A DNA stretch of 64,000 bases from an uncultured Alphaproteobacteria bacterium (GCA_963803575.1 CAWDMW010000002.1:1314308-1378307), one strand, 5' to 3'. Positions 48,018 through 60,110 are shown, numbered from the stretch's first letter. The notes: a model not told the origin generated them from the letters alone. Numbers and translations: made by a program.

Positions 48018-48638
48018 TTACATCTTCAGGCGTGGTAGTCTCCAACCATAGCGGTGCGCTACCATTCGCAGAGTTAACGCTATCAGTAACGCAACGAAGA
48101 TAGTCGTATTACTGGCATTCTCTGTTACGTGTAGCCCGTAAATAGCGGCACCTAGCAATAAGGCAATGCTTCCATAAAAGTCGCTTTGCAAAACGGTTGG
48201 CACGTCATTCACCATTAAGTCACGGATAATACCGCCACCACTGGCAGTAATGAATGCCAGCACCATGACACCAAAAATACTCAGTCCTACGTCAATACCC
48301 GTTAAGGCACCTGTTACGCTAAATGCCACCAGTCCAATGGAGTCACATAGTATGAATAAGCGGTGACGTTCAATATTTGGGTGCTTATACAGACGCAGCG
48401 TGCTGCACAGTGCAATGACAGCAATCACAATAATGAATGCCATGATATCAGTTAACACGGTTGGCAAACGATTCACCAAAATATCGCGAACTGCTCCGCC
48501 TCCATTGGCGGTTAGCATGGCAAGAATGAAAACCCCCATTAAGTCCAGATGCTTACGTACACCAATCAGAAAGCCACTGGCGGCGAAGGAAACAGTGCCA
48601 ATAAAGGAGGCAATAGCAAATATATCAAAAGACATCAT
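48018..48638 (-). CDS. TRIC/UPF0126-family (YadS/YicG-like) membrane cation channel
   Basis: Two internal repeats each carry a Gly-rich helix (...TANGGGAVRDILV... and ...TASGGGIIRDLMV...). The ORF is open to 48698. Confidence 0.8.
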   Translation of the reverse strand: MMSFDIFAIASFIGTVSFAASGFLIGVRKHLDLMGVFILAMLTANGGGAVRDILVNRLPTVLTDIMAFIIVIAVIALCSTLRLYKHPNIERHRLFILCDSIGLVAFSVTGALTGIDVGLSIFGVMVLAFITASGGGIIRDLMVNDVPTVLQSDFYGSIALLLGAAIYGLHVTENASNTTIFVALLIALTLRMVAHRYGWRLPRLKM

Positions 48639-48763
48639 GTGTGAGGTGGTTTTACAGGCTGCTAAGTATCTGGTAAAAGGATAAATGATTTGACGCAATG
48701 ATGATAATGCGATTTAACTATGCCTTATTATCATAAAAGACACATAATTCATAAGGTATCCGC

Positions 48764-50446
48764 ATGTCAGAAAAATTTATCTATTATATGCAGGGCTTAA
48801 CCAAAAGCTACCCCGGCGGCAAAACAGTGCTGAAAGATATGTATTTGTCGTTCTACCCGGGTGCAAAGATTGGTGTGCTTGGGCATAATGGTTCCGGTAA
48901 ATCAACCTTATTGAAAATTATGTCAGGTCAGGATACAGAATTTAATGGTGAGGCTTGGGCGGCCAAAGGCACACGTATCGGGTATCTGGAACAAGAGCCT
49001 AAGCTTGATTCTGACAAGAATGTGTTTGATAACGTGATGGAAGGGCTGAAGGAGAAGAAAGCGCTACTGGATGCATTTAATGCGATTTCTATGCAGTTAG
49101 GTGAAGTCACGGATAATGATGAAATGATGGAACTGCTGGACAAGCAAGGCGAACTGCAAGAGCAGATTGATGCGATGGATGCATGGAATCTGGATAACGA
49201 GATTGAGATTGCCATGGAAGCCTTGCGTTGCCCACCAGCAGACGCAGATGTCACCACGTTATCCGGTGGAGAAAGACGCCGCGTGGCTTTGGCACGGTTG
49301 CTGCTGGAAAAGCCTGATATGTTGTTGCTTGATGAACCGACTAACCATCTGGATGCAGAGTCTGTTGCATGGCTACAGCGTTTCTTAAAAGACTATGCCG
49401 GTACTGTGGTTATGGTAACGCATGATAGGTATTTTCTGGATCATGTGACGGGCTGGATTTTGGAACTAGATCGCGGTGAGGGCATTCCGTATGAGGGGAA
49501 TTACACCTCATGGCTGGAACAAAAGCACAAACGCTTAGCACAGGAAGAAAAAGAAGAATCATCGCGTCAGAAATATCTGGCGCAGGAACTGGAGTGGGTG
49601 CGTGCTTCGCCTAAAGCGCGTCAATCTAAATCTAAAGCACGTATCAATGCATTTGAAACGTTGCAGGCCAAGCAAAATGAAGCACGTAGTGGTGTCGCGC
49701 AGATTGTTATACCTGCAGCTGACCGGCTGGGCGATCGTGTAATTCAGGCCGATCATGTTCGCAAAGCATTCGGTAACCGCTTGCTGATGGATGATTTAAG
49801 CTTTGATTTGCCACGTGGTGGAATCGTTGGCGTTATTGGTGCAAACGGTGCAGGGAAGACAACGCTTTTCCGTATGATTACAGGACAGGAAACTCCTGAT
49901 GATGGGACGTTTACCGTAGGTGATACGGTGCATTTAGGGTATGTGGATCAATCGCGTGATTCGTTGAATGGTGATAAAACTGTCTGGGAAGAAATTTCTG
50001 ATGGTCACGAAGAAATAGAGCTGGGTAAGCAATTGGTGAAAAGCCGTGCTTATTGTTCTTCTTTCAACTTTAAAGGCGGCGATCAGCAAAAGAAAATACA
50101 TATGCTCTCTGGTGGTGAACGTAACCGTGTGCATTTGGCAAAAATGTTGAAGCAAGGTGCTAATGTGATTTTGCTCGATGAGCCAACCAATGATCTGGAC
50201 GTAGAAACCTTACGTGCATTGGAAGAAGCCCTGCTGGAGTTTGCCGGCTGCGTGGTGATTATTTCGCATGATCGCTGGTTCTTAGACCGTGTTGCAACCC
50301 ATATTCTGGCTTTTGAGGGAAATAGCCATGTAGAGTGGTTCGAAGGTAACTATGAAGACTATGAAGCAGATCGCAAACGCCGCTTAGGAGACAGTGCATT
50401 AAATCCCGAACGTATCAAATACAAGCCGGTTTCTCGCGCTGCTTAG
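48764..50446 (+). CDS. ettA: energy-dependent translational throttle protein EttA (ABC-F)
   Basis: [50 protein letters not shown]..., with two ABC cassettes and 560 aa. Confidence 0.93.
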   Translation: MSEKFIYYMQGLTKSYPGGKTVLKDMYLSFYPGAKIGVLGHNGSGKSTLLKIMSGQDTEFNGEAWAAKGTRIGYLEQEPKLDSDKNVFDNVMEGLKEKKALLDAFNAISMQLGEVTDNDEMMELLDKQGELQEQIDAMDAWNLDNEIEIAMEALRCPPADADVTTLSGGERRRVALARLLLEKPDMLLLDEPTNHLDAESVAWLQRFLKDYAGTVVMVTHDRYFLDHVTGWILELDRGEGIPYEGNYTSWLEQKHKRLAQEEKEESSRQKYLAQELEWVRASPKARQSKSKARINAFETLQAKQNEARSGVAQIVIPAADRLGDRVIQADHVRKAFGNRLLMDDLSFDLPRGGIVGVIGANGAGKTTLFRMITGQETPDDGTFTVGDTVHLGYVDQSRDSLNGDKTVWEEISDGHEEIELGKQLVKSRAYCSSFNFKGGDQQKKIHMLSGGERNRVHLAKMLKQGANVILLDEPTNDLDVETLRALEEALLEFAGCVVIISHDRWFLDRVATHILAFEGNSHVEWFEGNYEDYEADRKRRLGDSALNPERIKYKPVSRAA

Positions 50447-50555
50447 GCATTTTGCAGTTGCGTTGCATTTAAAGGAATGTTAAGCCTGTGGGGTGTATAG
50501 TGATACGCAAGTAATTAATAAAAGGACTTACCAACTATGAAAGATACTGTAATTT

Positions 50556-51080
50556 ATGAGCAATAGCGATAAAGACACGCGCATTAACAGTCAGATACGC
50601 GCACCAAAAATACGTGTGGTAGATGTAGATGGTGAGATGGTGGGTGTCATTACAGTACCTGAAGGATTAGACATTGCTCGCAGTCGCGGATTAGACTTGG
50701 TGGAAGTTTCCCCTAACGCCAGCCCGCCAGTCTGTAAAATTCTGGATTACGGTAAGTTCAAATATACTCAGCAAAAGCGTGCCAATGAGGCGCGTAAAAA
50801 GCAGAAGACCATACAGGTAAAAGAAGTTAAAGTACGGCCTAATATTGACAGCCATGATTTGGACGTCAAAATGAAGCATGTGCATAAGTTCTTGGAAGCA
50901 GGGGATAAAGTCAAAGTAACGCTGCGTTTTCGTGGTCGTGAGATGGCGCATCAGGAATTAGGGATGAAGCTGTTGAACGAGATCAAGGAAATACTTGGCG
51001 ATACGGTGAAGGTGGAGCATCAGCCAAAGCTGGAAGGCCGTCAAATGATTATGATTGTTTCTCCAGCTGTCACAAAGTAG
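50556..51080 (+). CDS. infC: translation initiation factor IF-3
   Basis: ...[23 protein letters not shown]...[24 protein letters not shown].... It starts with ATG, and a TAA lies two codons upstream in frame. Confidence 0.93.
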   Translation: MSNSDKDTRINSQIRAPKIRVVDVDGEMVGVITVPEGLDIARSRGLDLVEVSPNASPPVCKILDYGKFKYTQQKRANEARKKQKTIQVKEVKVRPNIDSHDLDVKMKHVHKFLEAGDKVKVTLRFRGREMAHQELGMKLLNEIKEILGDTVKVEHQPKLEGRQMIMIVSPAVTK

Positions 51081-51242
51081 CTTGCTTTACATATCATCAG
51101 TGAACATGGTGATTTCATTTAACTGTCATGAAACTATGTCTTAGCATGTGTTAGAGTCTATCTATGTTATATCTGAAAGGTGCATAGTGCTAACTTTTTT
51201 CAATACCACAATATCGTATGATCTGCATCAGGAGCTACCCTG

Positions 51243-52487
51243 ATGTTTAACATGTTCGATGACATTGGCTCATTGGCCAGACGCGCTGCTGCATTTATTA
51301 CGGGCAGAGGAGCCACTATGACAGCTGTTGCAACAGCTGCGGCAGTGATGCCCGGAGCATCTGCCACACCGCTTGTGCTGGTTGGACTTGGTGTTGGACT
51401 GCCTATCACGGCTGCCATGTCTACCATGGCGCATCATAGTAATGAAACACGCATTTTAAATAACTTCCGCGCAGAACTGGCAGAAACATTTGGCGTTGAC
51501 CCAAAAGACGTCACGCATGACCATTTACGACTTTTAGCTTTTGGCGATGAATCCATTGGTCTTGAACCACAATCTTTTTTCAAAGAGGCTCTGGAACGTA
51601 ACGACAAAAGTCGCTGGATAGATATGGGTGCAAATGCACTGGGAGCGCTTGGAACCATGGCGTTTGTTGCAGCTAGGGGTACATCACTTCTTGCCATGGC
51701 AACCACTGCTGGTGTAGCGCCTGCTTTGGCCACAGCAGGATTATTTGCTGCTGCGGCTGTCATGGTGATGTCTATGGATAAGGTCTTTGGCATGATTGGT
51801 AAAAGCCTGTTTGAAGATAAAGAGCGCACGACTCACGATCATCTGGAAACCATGGCACTGAATCATGGGCGTGGACGGTCAATTTCACAGGAAGCGGTCA
51901 TGGGAGTCATCGCTACAGTCAATCCAAGTATACAAGAATATATTGCATTAGAATTTTCAACGTCTAATAAAAAAGGCGAAGTGAGTTACTATGATTTGCC
52001 TCTGGCCACAAAAACGCACCTGACGCAGCGTTATAGCGAAGAGTTCGATATTCCTGCACTAACCAGTAAGATTAACAGCGGTGCCATCAATTTAAGCGAA
52101 CTCCCTTTTATTGCGGAAGATCCTAGCTGGATACCTATTGAGCAATCGGTTGATATAAATCCTGAAGCGCATAAGAAGCCTACCTTGCGTCAAAAACTTT
52201 CTCATGCAAAAGAGCATTTGCACGAAATGGCAGAAGATCACCGCATTACTGATAACGTACTAAGGTCTAACGATAAAAAACCGACTCCTGATGCAGAATT
52301 GCCCGCGACACATGAGCCATCAAAGAGTCATGTGGAGCGGTTAGGTTATGCAAGCGACAGGCAACCTGTGAAGGCAGGGAATTTTGCAGCACAATTTGCA
52401 GACATGCAAGCACAACAGGCAGCCACCCATGCACAACGTGTAGAAGCAAAATCACCGGTATCTGATGAAGTAGTGACGCTACACTAA
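51243..52487 (+). CDS. hypothetical membrane protein with two long bilobed hydrophobic regions and a hydrophilic C-terminal half
   Basis: 414 aa. Ala/Gly/Thr-rich hydrophobic stretches span roughly residues 23-63 and 125-185. The C-terminal 200 aa or so is polar. No recognised family. Confidence 0.6.
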   Translation: MFNMFDDIGSLARRAAAFITGRGATMTAVATAAAVMPGASATPLVLVGLGVGLPITAAMSTMAHHSNETRILNNFRAELAETFGVDPKDVTHDHLRLLAFGDESIGLEPQSFFKEALERNDKSRWIDMGANALGALGTMAFVAARGTSLLAMATTAGVAPALATAGLFAAAAVMVMSMDKVFGMIGKSLFEDKERTTHDHLETMALNHGRGRSISQEAVMGVIATVNPSIQEYIALEFSTSNKKGEVSYYDLPLATKTHLTQRYSEEFDIPALTSKINSGAINLSELPFIAEDPSWIPIEQSVDINPEAHKKPTLRQKLSHAKEHLHEMAEDHRITDNVLRSNDKKPTPDAELPATHEPSKSHVERLGYASDRQPVKAGNFAAQFADMQAQQAATHAQRVEAKSPVSDEVVTLH

Positions 52488-52553
52488 TCGTATGGCATTA
52501 ACGTATGGTTTCTGCTAAACCGCTAAGCTGATTAACCTTATCAACGACAAAAT

Positions 52554-53660
52554 ATGGCATTATCATTCACCCGACACCATCAAGACGGCAAAGCTCGTAG
52601 TGGTCTGTTGCATACCGCGCATGGGGATATTCGTACTCCCGCTTTCATGCCAGTGGGTACGGCGGCTACTGTGAAAGGACTCACTCCTGAAATGGTGGAT
52701 AGCACAGGCGCGGATATATTGCTTGGAAACACCTACCATTTGATGCTTCGCCCCGGTGCTGAGCGCGTTGAACGGCTGGGTGGATTACATCGTTTTATGC
52801 AATGGGATAAACCCATTCTCACAGATTCCGGCGGGTTTCAGGTAATGTCACTTGGGGATTTACGCGAAATTTCGGAAGAGGGGGTACAGTTCAAGTCACA
52901 TATTGACGGTTCACGTCATATGTTGACGCCCGAGAGAGCAATAGATATTCAATATAAGCTGGATAGCAATGTTACCATGGTGCTGGATGAATGTACCTCG
53001 TATCCTGCAACATATGAGCAGGCGAAAGCATCTATGTTACGTTCCATGCGCTGGGAAGAACGCAGCAAAACAGCATTCACTGATCGCGATGGGTATGGGC
53101 TGTTTGCTATTCAACAAGGCAGTATGTTTGAAGATTTGCGGCTGGAATCGTCTCGTATTCTCACAGACATTGATTATGACGGATATGCCATTGGTGGACT
53201 TGCTGTCGGAGAAGGGCAGGAGGTGATGTTTTCCGTGCTGGATTATGCAGTAGACCCACTCCCTGAACATAAACCGCGCTACCTGATGGGGGTTGGTAAA
53301 CCGACCGATATTGTTGGGGCTGTGCTACGTGGCGTGGATATGTTTGACTGTGTTATTCCTACGCGCTCTGGCAGGTTTGGACGTGCCTATACAAGCGAAG
53401 GAGAACTCAACTTAAAGAATGCATGTTTTGCCGAGGATAATCGCCCGCTGGATGAAACCGTACCTTGTCGTGCTTCCCAATTTAGCCGCGCCTATATTCA
53501 TCATTTGTTTAAAGCAAAAGAGATGCTTGGCTGTATGATTCTCAGCTGGCATAATGTCGCCTATTATCAGCACCTAATGCAACGCATACGCGATGCCATA
53601 GCTTCCGGAACGTTTAGCGATGAGTTTGCCACCCAGTATATGCAGCATTATGGCAAGTAA
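52554..53660 (+). CDS. tgt: queuine tRNA-ribosyltransferase
   Basis: ...[31 protein letters not shown]...LTDSGGFQV...GLAVGE... Confidence 0.95.
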   Translation: MALSFTRHHQDGKARSGLLHTAHGDIRTPAFMPVGTAATVKGLTPEMVDSTGADILLGNTYHLMLRPGAERVERLGGLHRFMQWDKPILTDSGGFQVMSLGDLREISEEGVQFKSHIDGSRHMLTPERAIDIQYKLDSNVTMVLDECTSYPATYEQAKASMLRSMRWEERSKTAFTDRDGYGLFAIQQGSMFEDLRLESSRILTDIDYDGYAIGGLAVGEGQEVMFSVLDYAVDPLPEHKPRYLMGVGKPTDIVGAVLRGVDMFDCVIPTRSGRFGRAYTSEGELNLKNACFAEDNRPLDETVPCRASQFSRAYIHHLFKAKEMLGCMILSWHNVAYYQHLMQRIRDAIASGTFSDEFATQYMQHYGK

Positions 53661-53685
53661 TGAACTTATCTGGAAAACGTCATAT

Positions 53686-53725
53686 GGGGGGTAGTTTGCG
53701 GGAAAGTGCAGGAATTAGGGTGTTT
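53686..53725. repeat. Tn3-family terminal inverted repeat (left end)
   Basis: GGGGGGTAGTTTGCGGGAAAGTGCAGGAATTAGGGTGTTT begins 25 nt after the tgt stop and ends just before the tnpA stop. A GGGG outer end is typical of Tn3-family IRs. Confidence 0.6.
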
Positions 53726-53731
53726 TGAATA

Positions 53732-56605
53732 TCACCATTGATAGAATCCCGTGATTATGATGTGTTCCCAGCCCAGTGGCGAGAGGTGTTTCAGCAGCTC
53801 TGGAGCTATAACTCCGCCTTCCTGCTGCATTCGCTGGGCAATAATGCCGAGTTGCTTGGTGTTCCAGTAAATAATGATAGCAGCCAGAAGGTTAAGATTC
53901 ATCATGCGTAGATGCTGGTTTTCAGAGAAACGGTCACGTATTTCACCTCTGCGATTGAAGTTTAGTGCGCGCTTTAAGGCATGGTGCGCTTCGCCTTTGT
54001 TCAACCCTAATTGCGCTCTGCGCTGTAATTCTGTTGAGCTGATCCATTTCAGAATAAAGATAGTGCGTTCAATCTTTCCAATCTCTTTTAATGCAATCGC
54101 TAATTCATTCTGCCGTGGGAACGAAGCAAGCTGGCGTAATATCTCACTGGGAATAACGCGATGCGTGATAATACTGGCAATAAGGCGAATAATATCAGGC
54201 CATTGTTGCTCAATCCTCGCCAGTGATGCTTTCAATTTTATCAGCCCTTTGAGCAGTTTTGGAACGGTAACACCTGTTATGCCATAAAGCCGAAGGTTTG
54301 ATAAATTGCGTAGTCGTGGTGCAAACTCATACCCTAGCAATGCAGATACGGCAAATACATGATCGGTAAACCCGCCTGTGTCCGCATAATGCTCCTTGAT
54401 ACGCCTTCCTGTATCGTTCATCGTTAAACCATCCAGAATGTAGGGAGCTTCATGTACTGTGGAAGGAATGGTCAGCATAGAAAATACGCCAAACTGATCC
54501 GACACATGTGAATATCCTTTGATACCGGGTGTAGGGCTATATTTGATATTAACCACATTCATGGCCTCACCTGTGCCGCCTGTTACCATAAATTGACCAT
54601 CAGATGATGATGTAGTCCCATCGCCCCAGTTATTAGCAAATGGAAGGTTTTCATGCGCCTCCATAAGAATAGATAATGCATTTTTGGTAGCATCACTATT
54701 AACGTGCCACTGTGAGATACGCATGAGTGGCCAGAATGATGCATGTGACGAGCTACATAGAGCCATCTTCTTAAGCCCCAAATTAATGCCGTCTGCTAAT
54801 AATACATTGAGTAATCCAAGGTTATCAGCGCAAGGTGAACCCGTATTGATATGAGTGAATGCCTCACTAAATCCTGTATCGGCGTCCACTTCTTTGAGAA
54901 TATCGGTGATAGGTATCTGCGGCATGTGATTATAAACATCTAAGGTAAGCGCATCCATGCCTTCAGGGATGTCTCGTTCCAGCCGTTTCACATGCAGCTT
55001 TCCCTTCTCTAAGGTATTGCTGGGTAGTGTACCATCACGTAGCATACGGCTCACCTTCTTCATCTGTTCGTTCAGCATGGTTTTGCGCTGATTGATCCAG
55101 TCATCTGCTTGTAAAGGAATGGGAAGTGAGAGACATTTTTCTGCCTGAGCGATAGGTAATAATTGTGTGCGTGTATCCTGATACTTACGTGATCCCACTA
55201 CCCAAATATCACGAGAACGCAGCGCGTCACGGATAGAAAACAGAATAGCTGTTTCCCACCATTTTCGATCAGGGGTGCGCCCAAGGATTTTGCGCCATTT
55301 CGGTGATGCAAACGTGGTGAGTAAGTTAACCTCGTCTTTGTGGCCATGCAAATTCACCTCTCTAAGTACATTGATAGCGTCTAACAGTGGGCGTGCCGAT
55401 TTATTCCCTTCAAACGTAGTATCCTCTAGCATTCTCCCTGAATAGCGTCTGAACTTGCCATAGCCTTCAAGAGCAAATTCGAGCGGGTCAGATGACATGC
55501 GTTGTGTTAAAGCAGAAGCATTGAGCATTAGCGTCTTTAGAGCTGCTTTATCTGTAATAATATCAGCCACAGGCTGCCCACTATCATATGCTTTGAGTAG
55601 TGTTTTACTCAATTGCACATATGATTTCAGCGTACTCTTCACCAATTTCTTATGGTCGAGCAACTGTGTATCCCGCATACGAGTGCAGTCGCTATATAAT
55701 TTTCCAACAATACGGTCATGCGTTTCAATGATGGTGTCGGTAAGCATTGATTGCCATTCGATAGCGGCTACTGCCAGTATAGCAAAACGCCGTTCCTCTT
55801 TTAGTTCGCGCAATCCATCAGCATAATAAGCGCCTCCTTGCTGTAACAACTAGATGATGCGGTGTTTCGGTATGCCGTCTAACACGGAAGCTGGGATATT
55901 CAGTTCTTGCAGATATTCTAGTTGTTCCATTAATTTATTGGCGTCTGCTGAGTTATGCCCAATTTCAAAGCGTTTCAGCCATGCATATACAGTAAGTCGG
56001 CCATCAACCGTCTCATCTATCATCGCCTGAAGGTGTATCTTATTCTGCTTATCTAACCGTGAGTAGATACGATGAAGTATCCTACGATCAGCGACTACCT
56101 TCGCATCGGCGCAAACACGTTCTACCACTGTGATGCCCGGTAATATGATCTGACGACTACGACATTCCTGCACAAATAATTCCGCTAGTTCAATATCACT
56201 TCTGCACTCAATAGCGGTGTTTTCAAGCCATTGTACCATATCAGCTTCACATGATGAGAAGCTTTGGAAACCATAGAATTTTTGCAGTGTCTTGAGATGT
56301 TCATATCGCGTAACGGATTGATATTCAAAATGCTCAATATCATGATCTGATAACCCAAGTTGGGCGCCAATCAATTTGAGCATTTCCGTTGGTATAATAT
56401 CTTGCGCTGTCAAATAGCGACCAGGAAATCGCAATGCGCAGAGCTGCAACGCAAATCCTAACTGGTTTGTAGGTAACTGCTTTCGCTTAATCCGGTTTAT
56501 ATCTCCATCACTCAGGACGTAATGATTGAGCATGGTCGATTCGTCTGTTGGTAATGATAGTAATCTATCGCGTTGGCGTTGCGTTAATATAATGCGATGT
56601 ACCAT
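53732..56605 (-). pseudogene. tnpA: Tn3-family transposase interrupted by a single in-frame TAG (55850-55852)
   Basis: A 251-aa N-terminal (DUF4158-like) ORF and a 705-aa DDE ORF are in the same frame, separated only by TAG: ...IPKHRII*LLQQGGAYYADGLRELKEERRFAILA.... Combined length is about 957 aa. Confidence 0.85.
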
Positions 56606-56721
56606 GATAAGCCTACTGTGTTTTGGGTGTACCTTAATGACATCTATCTAAAACACATAAAATCTACTTATGACATGATTTAAAATACACATTTATATCT
56701 ACATCACTTATACTACACATT
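56606..56721. promoter_or_regulatory. candidate res site / divergent tnpA-tnpR promoter region
   Basis: A 116-bp AT-rich spacer with reiterated motifs (TGTACCTTAATGACA, CTACTTATGACATGA, CTACATCACTTATACTACACA). Confidence 0.4.
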
Positions 56722-57363
56722 ATGAGTCGAATTTATGGATATTTACGTGCCAGTACCAATGAGCAGGATGCACATCGGGCAAAAGCGTCATTAGAGAATT
56801 TTGTGCTAGCGTCCAAGCAACAGGTAAGCGCATGGTTTGTTGAAAATGAAAGCGGTGCCACATTAAAGCGGCCTGAACTATTTAGGTTGCTGGATATAGC
56901 GCAACGCGGAGACATATTACTCGTCGAGCAAGTTGACCGCATTAGCCGTCTTAACGCACAAGATTGGGAATTACTAAAATCCCAAATCACGGGAAAAGGT
57001 ATTATGATAGTTGCCCTTGATTTGCCGACATCCCATCAGTTTGTCACTACCAACAATGACGAGTTTACACAACGTATGCTCACAGCCATTAACGCTATGA
57101 TGCTGGATATGCTGGCTGCTGTTGCCAGAAAAGATTACGAGGACAGACGTCGGAGGCAATCAGAAGGTATAGCCAAGGCCAAGACAGCAGGTAAGTATAA
57201 AGGCAGACCCAAGAATACTACCCTACGACGCAATATCGCAGCACTCCTTCGTGATGGGTGCAGTATCAATGAAATTGTTGAAAACCTTAACTGTTCCAAC
57301 AAAACTGTCGTCGCTGTCAGAAAAGAAATTCTATCAGATAATTGTAATAATGTATCTACGTGA
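56722..57363 (+). CDS. tnpR: serine recombinase / resolvase
   Basis: MSRIYGYLRASTNEQD (catalytic Ser), ...LLVEQVDRISR..., and a C-terminal HTH (CSINEIVENLNCSNKTV). Confidence 0.9.
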   Translation: MSRIYGYLRASTNEQDAHRAKASLENFVLASKQQVSAWFVENESGATLKRPELFRLLDIAQRGDILLVEQVDRISRLNAQDWELLKSQITGKGIMIVALDLPTSHQFVTTNNDEFTQRMLTAINAMMLDMLAAVARKDYEDRRRRQSEGIAKAKTAGKYKGRPKNTTLRRNIAALLRDGCSINEIVENLNCSNKTVVAVRKEILSDNCNNVST

Positions 57364-57546
57364 TTGCCGAAGTGGCGCCGTATGAAGATATAGAGCAGGA
57401 AACTAAGTTTAGAGTTTCTAATATACTTCAGTTTGCCTTAAGTATCGGATGATATTGATCTCCTTCTAAATATTAAGGCAGGAATATATATTATCTTTGT
57501 ATCAACTTATATTGTAGGGCTAAACAACGCACCAACCGCCACAATA

Positions 57547-58893
57547 ATGATAGTTTTGTTGTTGCTGGCCGGATGCACACGCGAGCCTGCGCATGAAGAT
57601 ATGAGAGCAGATATTCATGAACGTAGTGGATTTTATCTGCCAGAATCTACGGTCATAGGAGATATTACATTACCTCCTGAAGCATCGCTTGACGATGGTG
57701 TGAGTGAAGATGAAGCCGTATCTATCGCATTATGGAACAATGCTGCATTTCAGGAAACATTGGTTGAGTTGGATATTGCGCGGGGCGATTTAATTCAGGC
57801 AGGGTTATTGCCGAACCCCCTAATCAACTACACATTTTCTGGTGCAGATAAACCGTATAAATACGCCTTTGAACTACCATTGGAAGCGTTATGGCTGATG
57901 CCTTTGCGCATTGATGCAGCGCAAGCCGATACTCAGGCGACAGCGCACCGTCTATCACAAGCAGGATTAAATCTTATCAATAATGCTCGCAGAGCCTATA
58001 GCGATGTGGTGCAGGCGCAAACTCAATATGCATTGCTCAAAGAATCAGCAATATTGCGTACAAACATAGCGGATCTTACAAAAAAACAGTTTGAGGCAGG
58101 CGATATTTCCAAACAGCAAGTGACACTTGCACAGCTCGATGCCATGAGCGCGCAGCAGGATGAAGCCCGTGCTCGCTACGATGCACAAGGTAGAAAAGAA
58201 CAACTACGCTTTGTGATGGGAATAGGGAGCTATGAAGGTGCATTGACAGTTGACGCTTCGCCTAATGCAGATTGCTCCACCAAAAATGTTGCCGCATTAG
58301 TGGAAGAAGGGTTACGCAACCGTCCTGATGCACTCGCGGCTCAAGAAACAATCATTTCCGCTGAAGCACGCGCCGACCTATCGCGTTTCAACTGGTTAGG
58401 GCTCACCGCCATAGCGGATGCAACCAGTGGAAGGGATACAGGGCATGAATTAAGCCCAGCTCTGCGCGGAAGCATTCCACTCTTTAATATCAATCAAGGA
58501 AACATCACCCGCGCCAACGCGCAGGAGCAGCAGGCAGCAAGGGCAGAGCAGACAGTTGCTCACCAGATTCGCCTGGACATTAATCAGGCTTACATCTTAC
58601 ACCAACAAGCCTGCAATCAATTAGCGATCATGCAAAATACGGTCATCACAGAAGTGGAAGATGATCTGGTGCGCATGCAATCTTCCTACAAGATTGGCAA
58701 TGTTCCCTACCTTATGGTGCTACAATCCATGCGCAGTGTCATAGATACAAAATTACGGCAGGCGCAGCTTGCGGGTGATGTGCAACGTGCATCGTTTGAA
58801 CTTGAGCGCGCTGTTGGCCGTCGGTTACCTGACAATGCAGCGCAACCTACCCCTCCCATCAACATGATTGAACCTGAACAAGTAACGCAGTAA
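57547..58893 (+). CDS. czcC: outer-membrane efflux protein (TolC/CzcC-like) of an HME-RND system
   Basis: Short lipoprotein-type N-terminus MIVLLLLAGC. 448 aa with duplicated OEP helical/beta architecture. TAATG overlap with the next gene. Confidence 0.75.
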   Translation: MIVLLLLAGCTREPAHEDMRADIHERSGFYLPESTVIGDITLPPEASLDDGVSEDEAVSIALWNNAAFQETLVELDIARGDLIQAGLLPNPLINYTFSGADKPYKYAFELPLEALWLMPLRIDAAQADTQATAHRLSQAGLNLINNARRAYSDVVQAQTQYALLKESAILRTNIADLTKKQFEAGDISKQQVTLAQLDAMSAQQDEARARYDAQGRKEQLRFVMGIGSYEGALTVDASPNADCSTKNVAALVEEGLRNRPDALAAQETIISAEARADLSRFNWLGLTAIADATSGRDTGHELSPALRGSIPLFNINQGNITRANAQEQQAARAEQTVAHQIRLDINQAYILHQQACNQLAIMQNTVITEVEDDLVRMQSSYKIGNVPYLMVLQSMRSVIDTKLRQAQLAGDVQRASFELERAVGRRLPDNAAQPTPPINMIEPEQVTQ

Positions 58894-60110
58894 TGACTAT
58901 AAAACACACTCATCTTATTCTTGCTTGTCTGAGCGTTAGCATCATAACCATCCTGAGCATGATGAAACCCGCTTTAAGCGCGGACACCAAAGCTAATTCA
59001 GCCGTTACGGTTAATTCAGTCATCAAGGAGGAAAACCTTAATACGATTACACTGACTCAAAAAGCGGCTGACAATCTTGGTATCGAAACGGCAAAAGTAA
59101 CGATGAAAACCATGCAGCAATCGCGTCTTTATGGTGGTGAGATTGCAACCCCTGTGGGCATTAGAGGAGCCGTGACAGCACCTTTTGCAGGCTTGCTGAA
59201 AGCACCATCCCAAGGAAGGCTTACATCTGGCGCAAAAGTGACAAAAGGTCAGCCACTTTTTATCCTGATGCCATTTCTTACCGCCAATGCGCAAGGTGCA
59301 GCGATCACCTCACAAGTGGATGCACAGACACAAACTGAAAACGCCGCTATTAATCTGGAAGCAGCTAAAGTAGCGCTGAACCTTGCCAAACGCCTTTTCG
59401 CTGACGGAGTGGGCGCAAAGCGAACCGTGTTGGAAGCGCAAGCCGCCTATGATACGGCGCGTGAAACACGCAATGCAGCGCAGGAACGCGAAAGAATCTT
59501 AGAAGAATCGCTGGTTGAAGGAACAGCAGAACCGATTATCATTACCGCGCCTGAGAGTGGTACATTACGAAATGTGATGAGCGCACACGGGCAGCAAGTA
59601 CCAGCGGGTGCAATCTTATTTGAGTTGGGCAATGCTACCAATGCGTGGGTGCGTGTTACGTTGCCAATGTCTGATCTGGCTGAGATGGATTTATCACAGC
59701 AGGCACATGTTGGGGCGCTTTCTGCTCACGCCTCGCAGGCCGTGCAGCCAGCCTTTCCTATGCAAGCACCGCCTCTGGCTAATGCACAAAATTACACAGT
59801 GGAGACACTCTACCGCTTAAGTGATACTACTGGAACAGTCATCCCTGGCAATCGTGTAGGGGTAACCATACCTATTGGTGAGTCAAACGAGAGTAAAACC
59901 ATAGCATCAGGCGCAGTCATTTACGATGCACTGGGCGGAAGCTGGGTGTATGAAGAAATTGAGCCGCTTCGCTATGTGCGCAAACGAGTCACCCTTCATA
60001 GAGTAACGGGTAATGATGCTATTATAGCTAGTGGCACTAATGTGGGAACATCACTTGTAGTCGTTGGATCGCAAGCCTTGTTTGGCGCTGAGACTGGAAC
60101 CATGAAATAA
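58893..60110 (+). CDS. czcB: membrane-fusion (periplasmic adaptor) protein, CzcB/CusB-like
   Basis: 405 aa with an N-terminal anchor, a coiled-coil hairpin ([26 protein letters not shown]...[17 protein letters not shown]), and beta-barrel/MP domains. Confidence 0.8.
   Translation: MTIKHTHLILACLSVSIITILSMMKPALSADTKANSAVTVNSVIKEENLNTITLTQKAADNLGIETAKVTMKTMQQSRLYGGEIATPVGIRGAVTAPFAGLLKAPSQGRLTSGAKVTKGQPLFILMPFLTANAQGAAITSQVDAQTQTENAAINLEAAKVALNLAKRLFADGVGAKRTVLEAQAAYDTARETRNAAQERERILEESLVEGTAEPIIITAPESGTLRNVMSAHGQQVPAGAILFELGNATNAWVRVTLPMSDLAEMDLSQQAHVGALSAHASQAVQPAFPMQAPPLANAQNYTVETLYRLSDTTGTVIPGNRVGVTIPIGESNESKTIASGAVIYDALGGSWVYEEIEPLRYVRKRVTLHRVTGNDAIIASGTNVGTSLVVVGSQALFGAETGTMK

Larger units (their letters stand above)
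53686..57363. mobile_element. Tn3-family transposon, left end and core (IR, tnpA, res, tnpR); cargo probably continues rightwards
   Basis: GGGG-type terminal repeat, a DUF4158+DDE Tn3 transposase, and a divergent serine resolvase with an AT-rich spacer, which is the Tn3-like layout. No right inverted repeat was found inside the window. Confidence 0.8.

Noticed and set aside
51434-51829. 131-aa minus-strand ORF opposite the 414-aa hydrophobic protein
   Set aside because: It is a mirror frame of an Ala/Gly-rich coding region. The plus-strand ORF is much longer and has a plausible start context.
57364-57546. Right-hand Tn3 inverted repeat between tnpR and czcC
   Set aside because: I looked for the reverse complement of the left IR (…CCTGCACTTTCCCGCAAACTACCCC) and for any CCCC-terminated match, and found none. 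The transposon therefore either extends beyond the window or has lost its right end.
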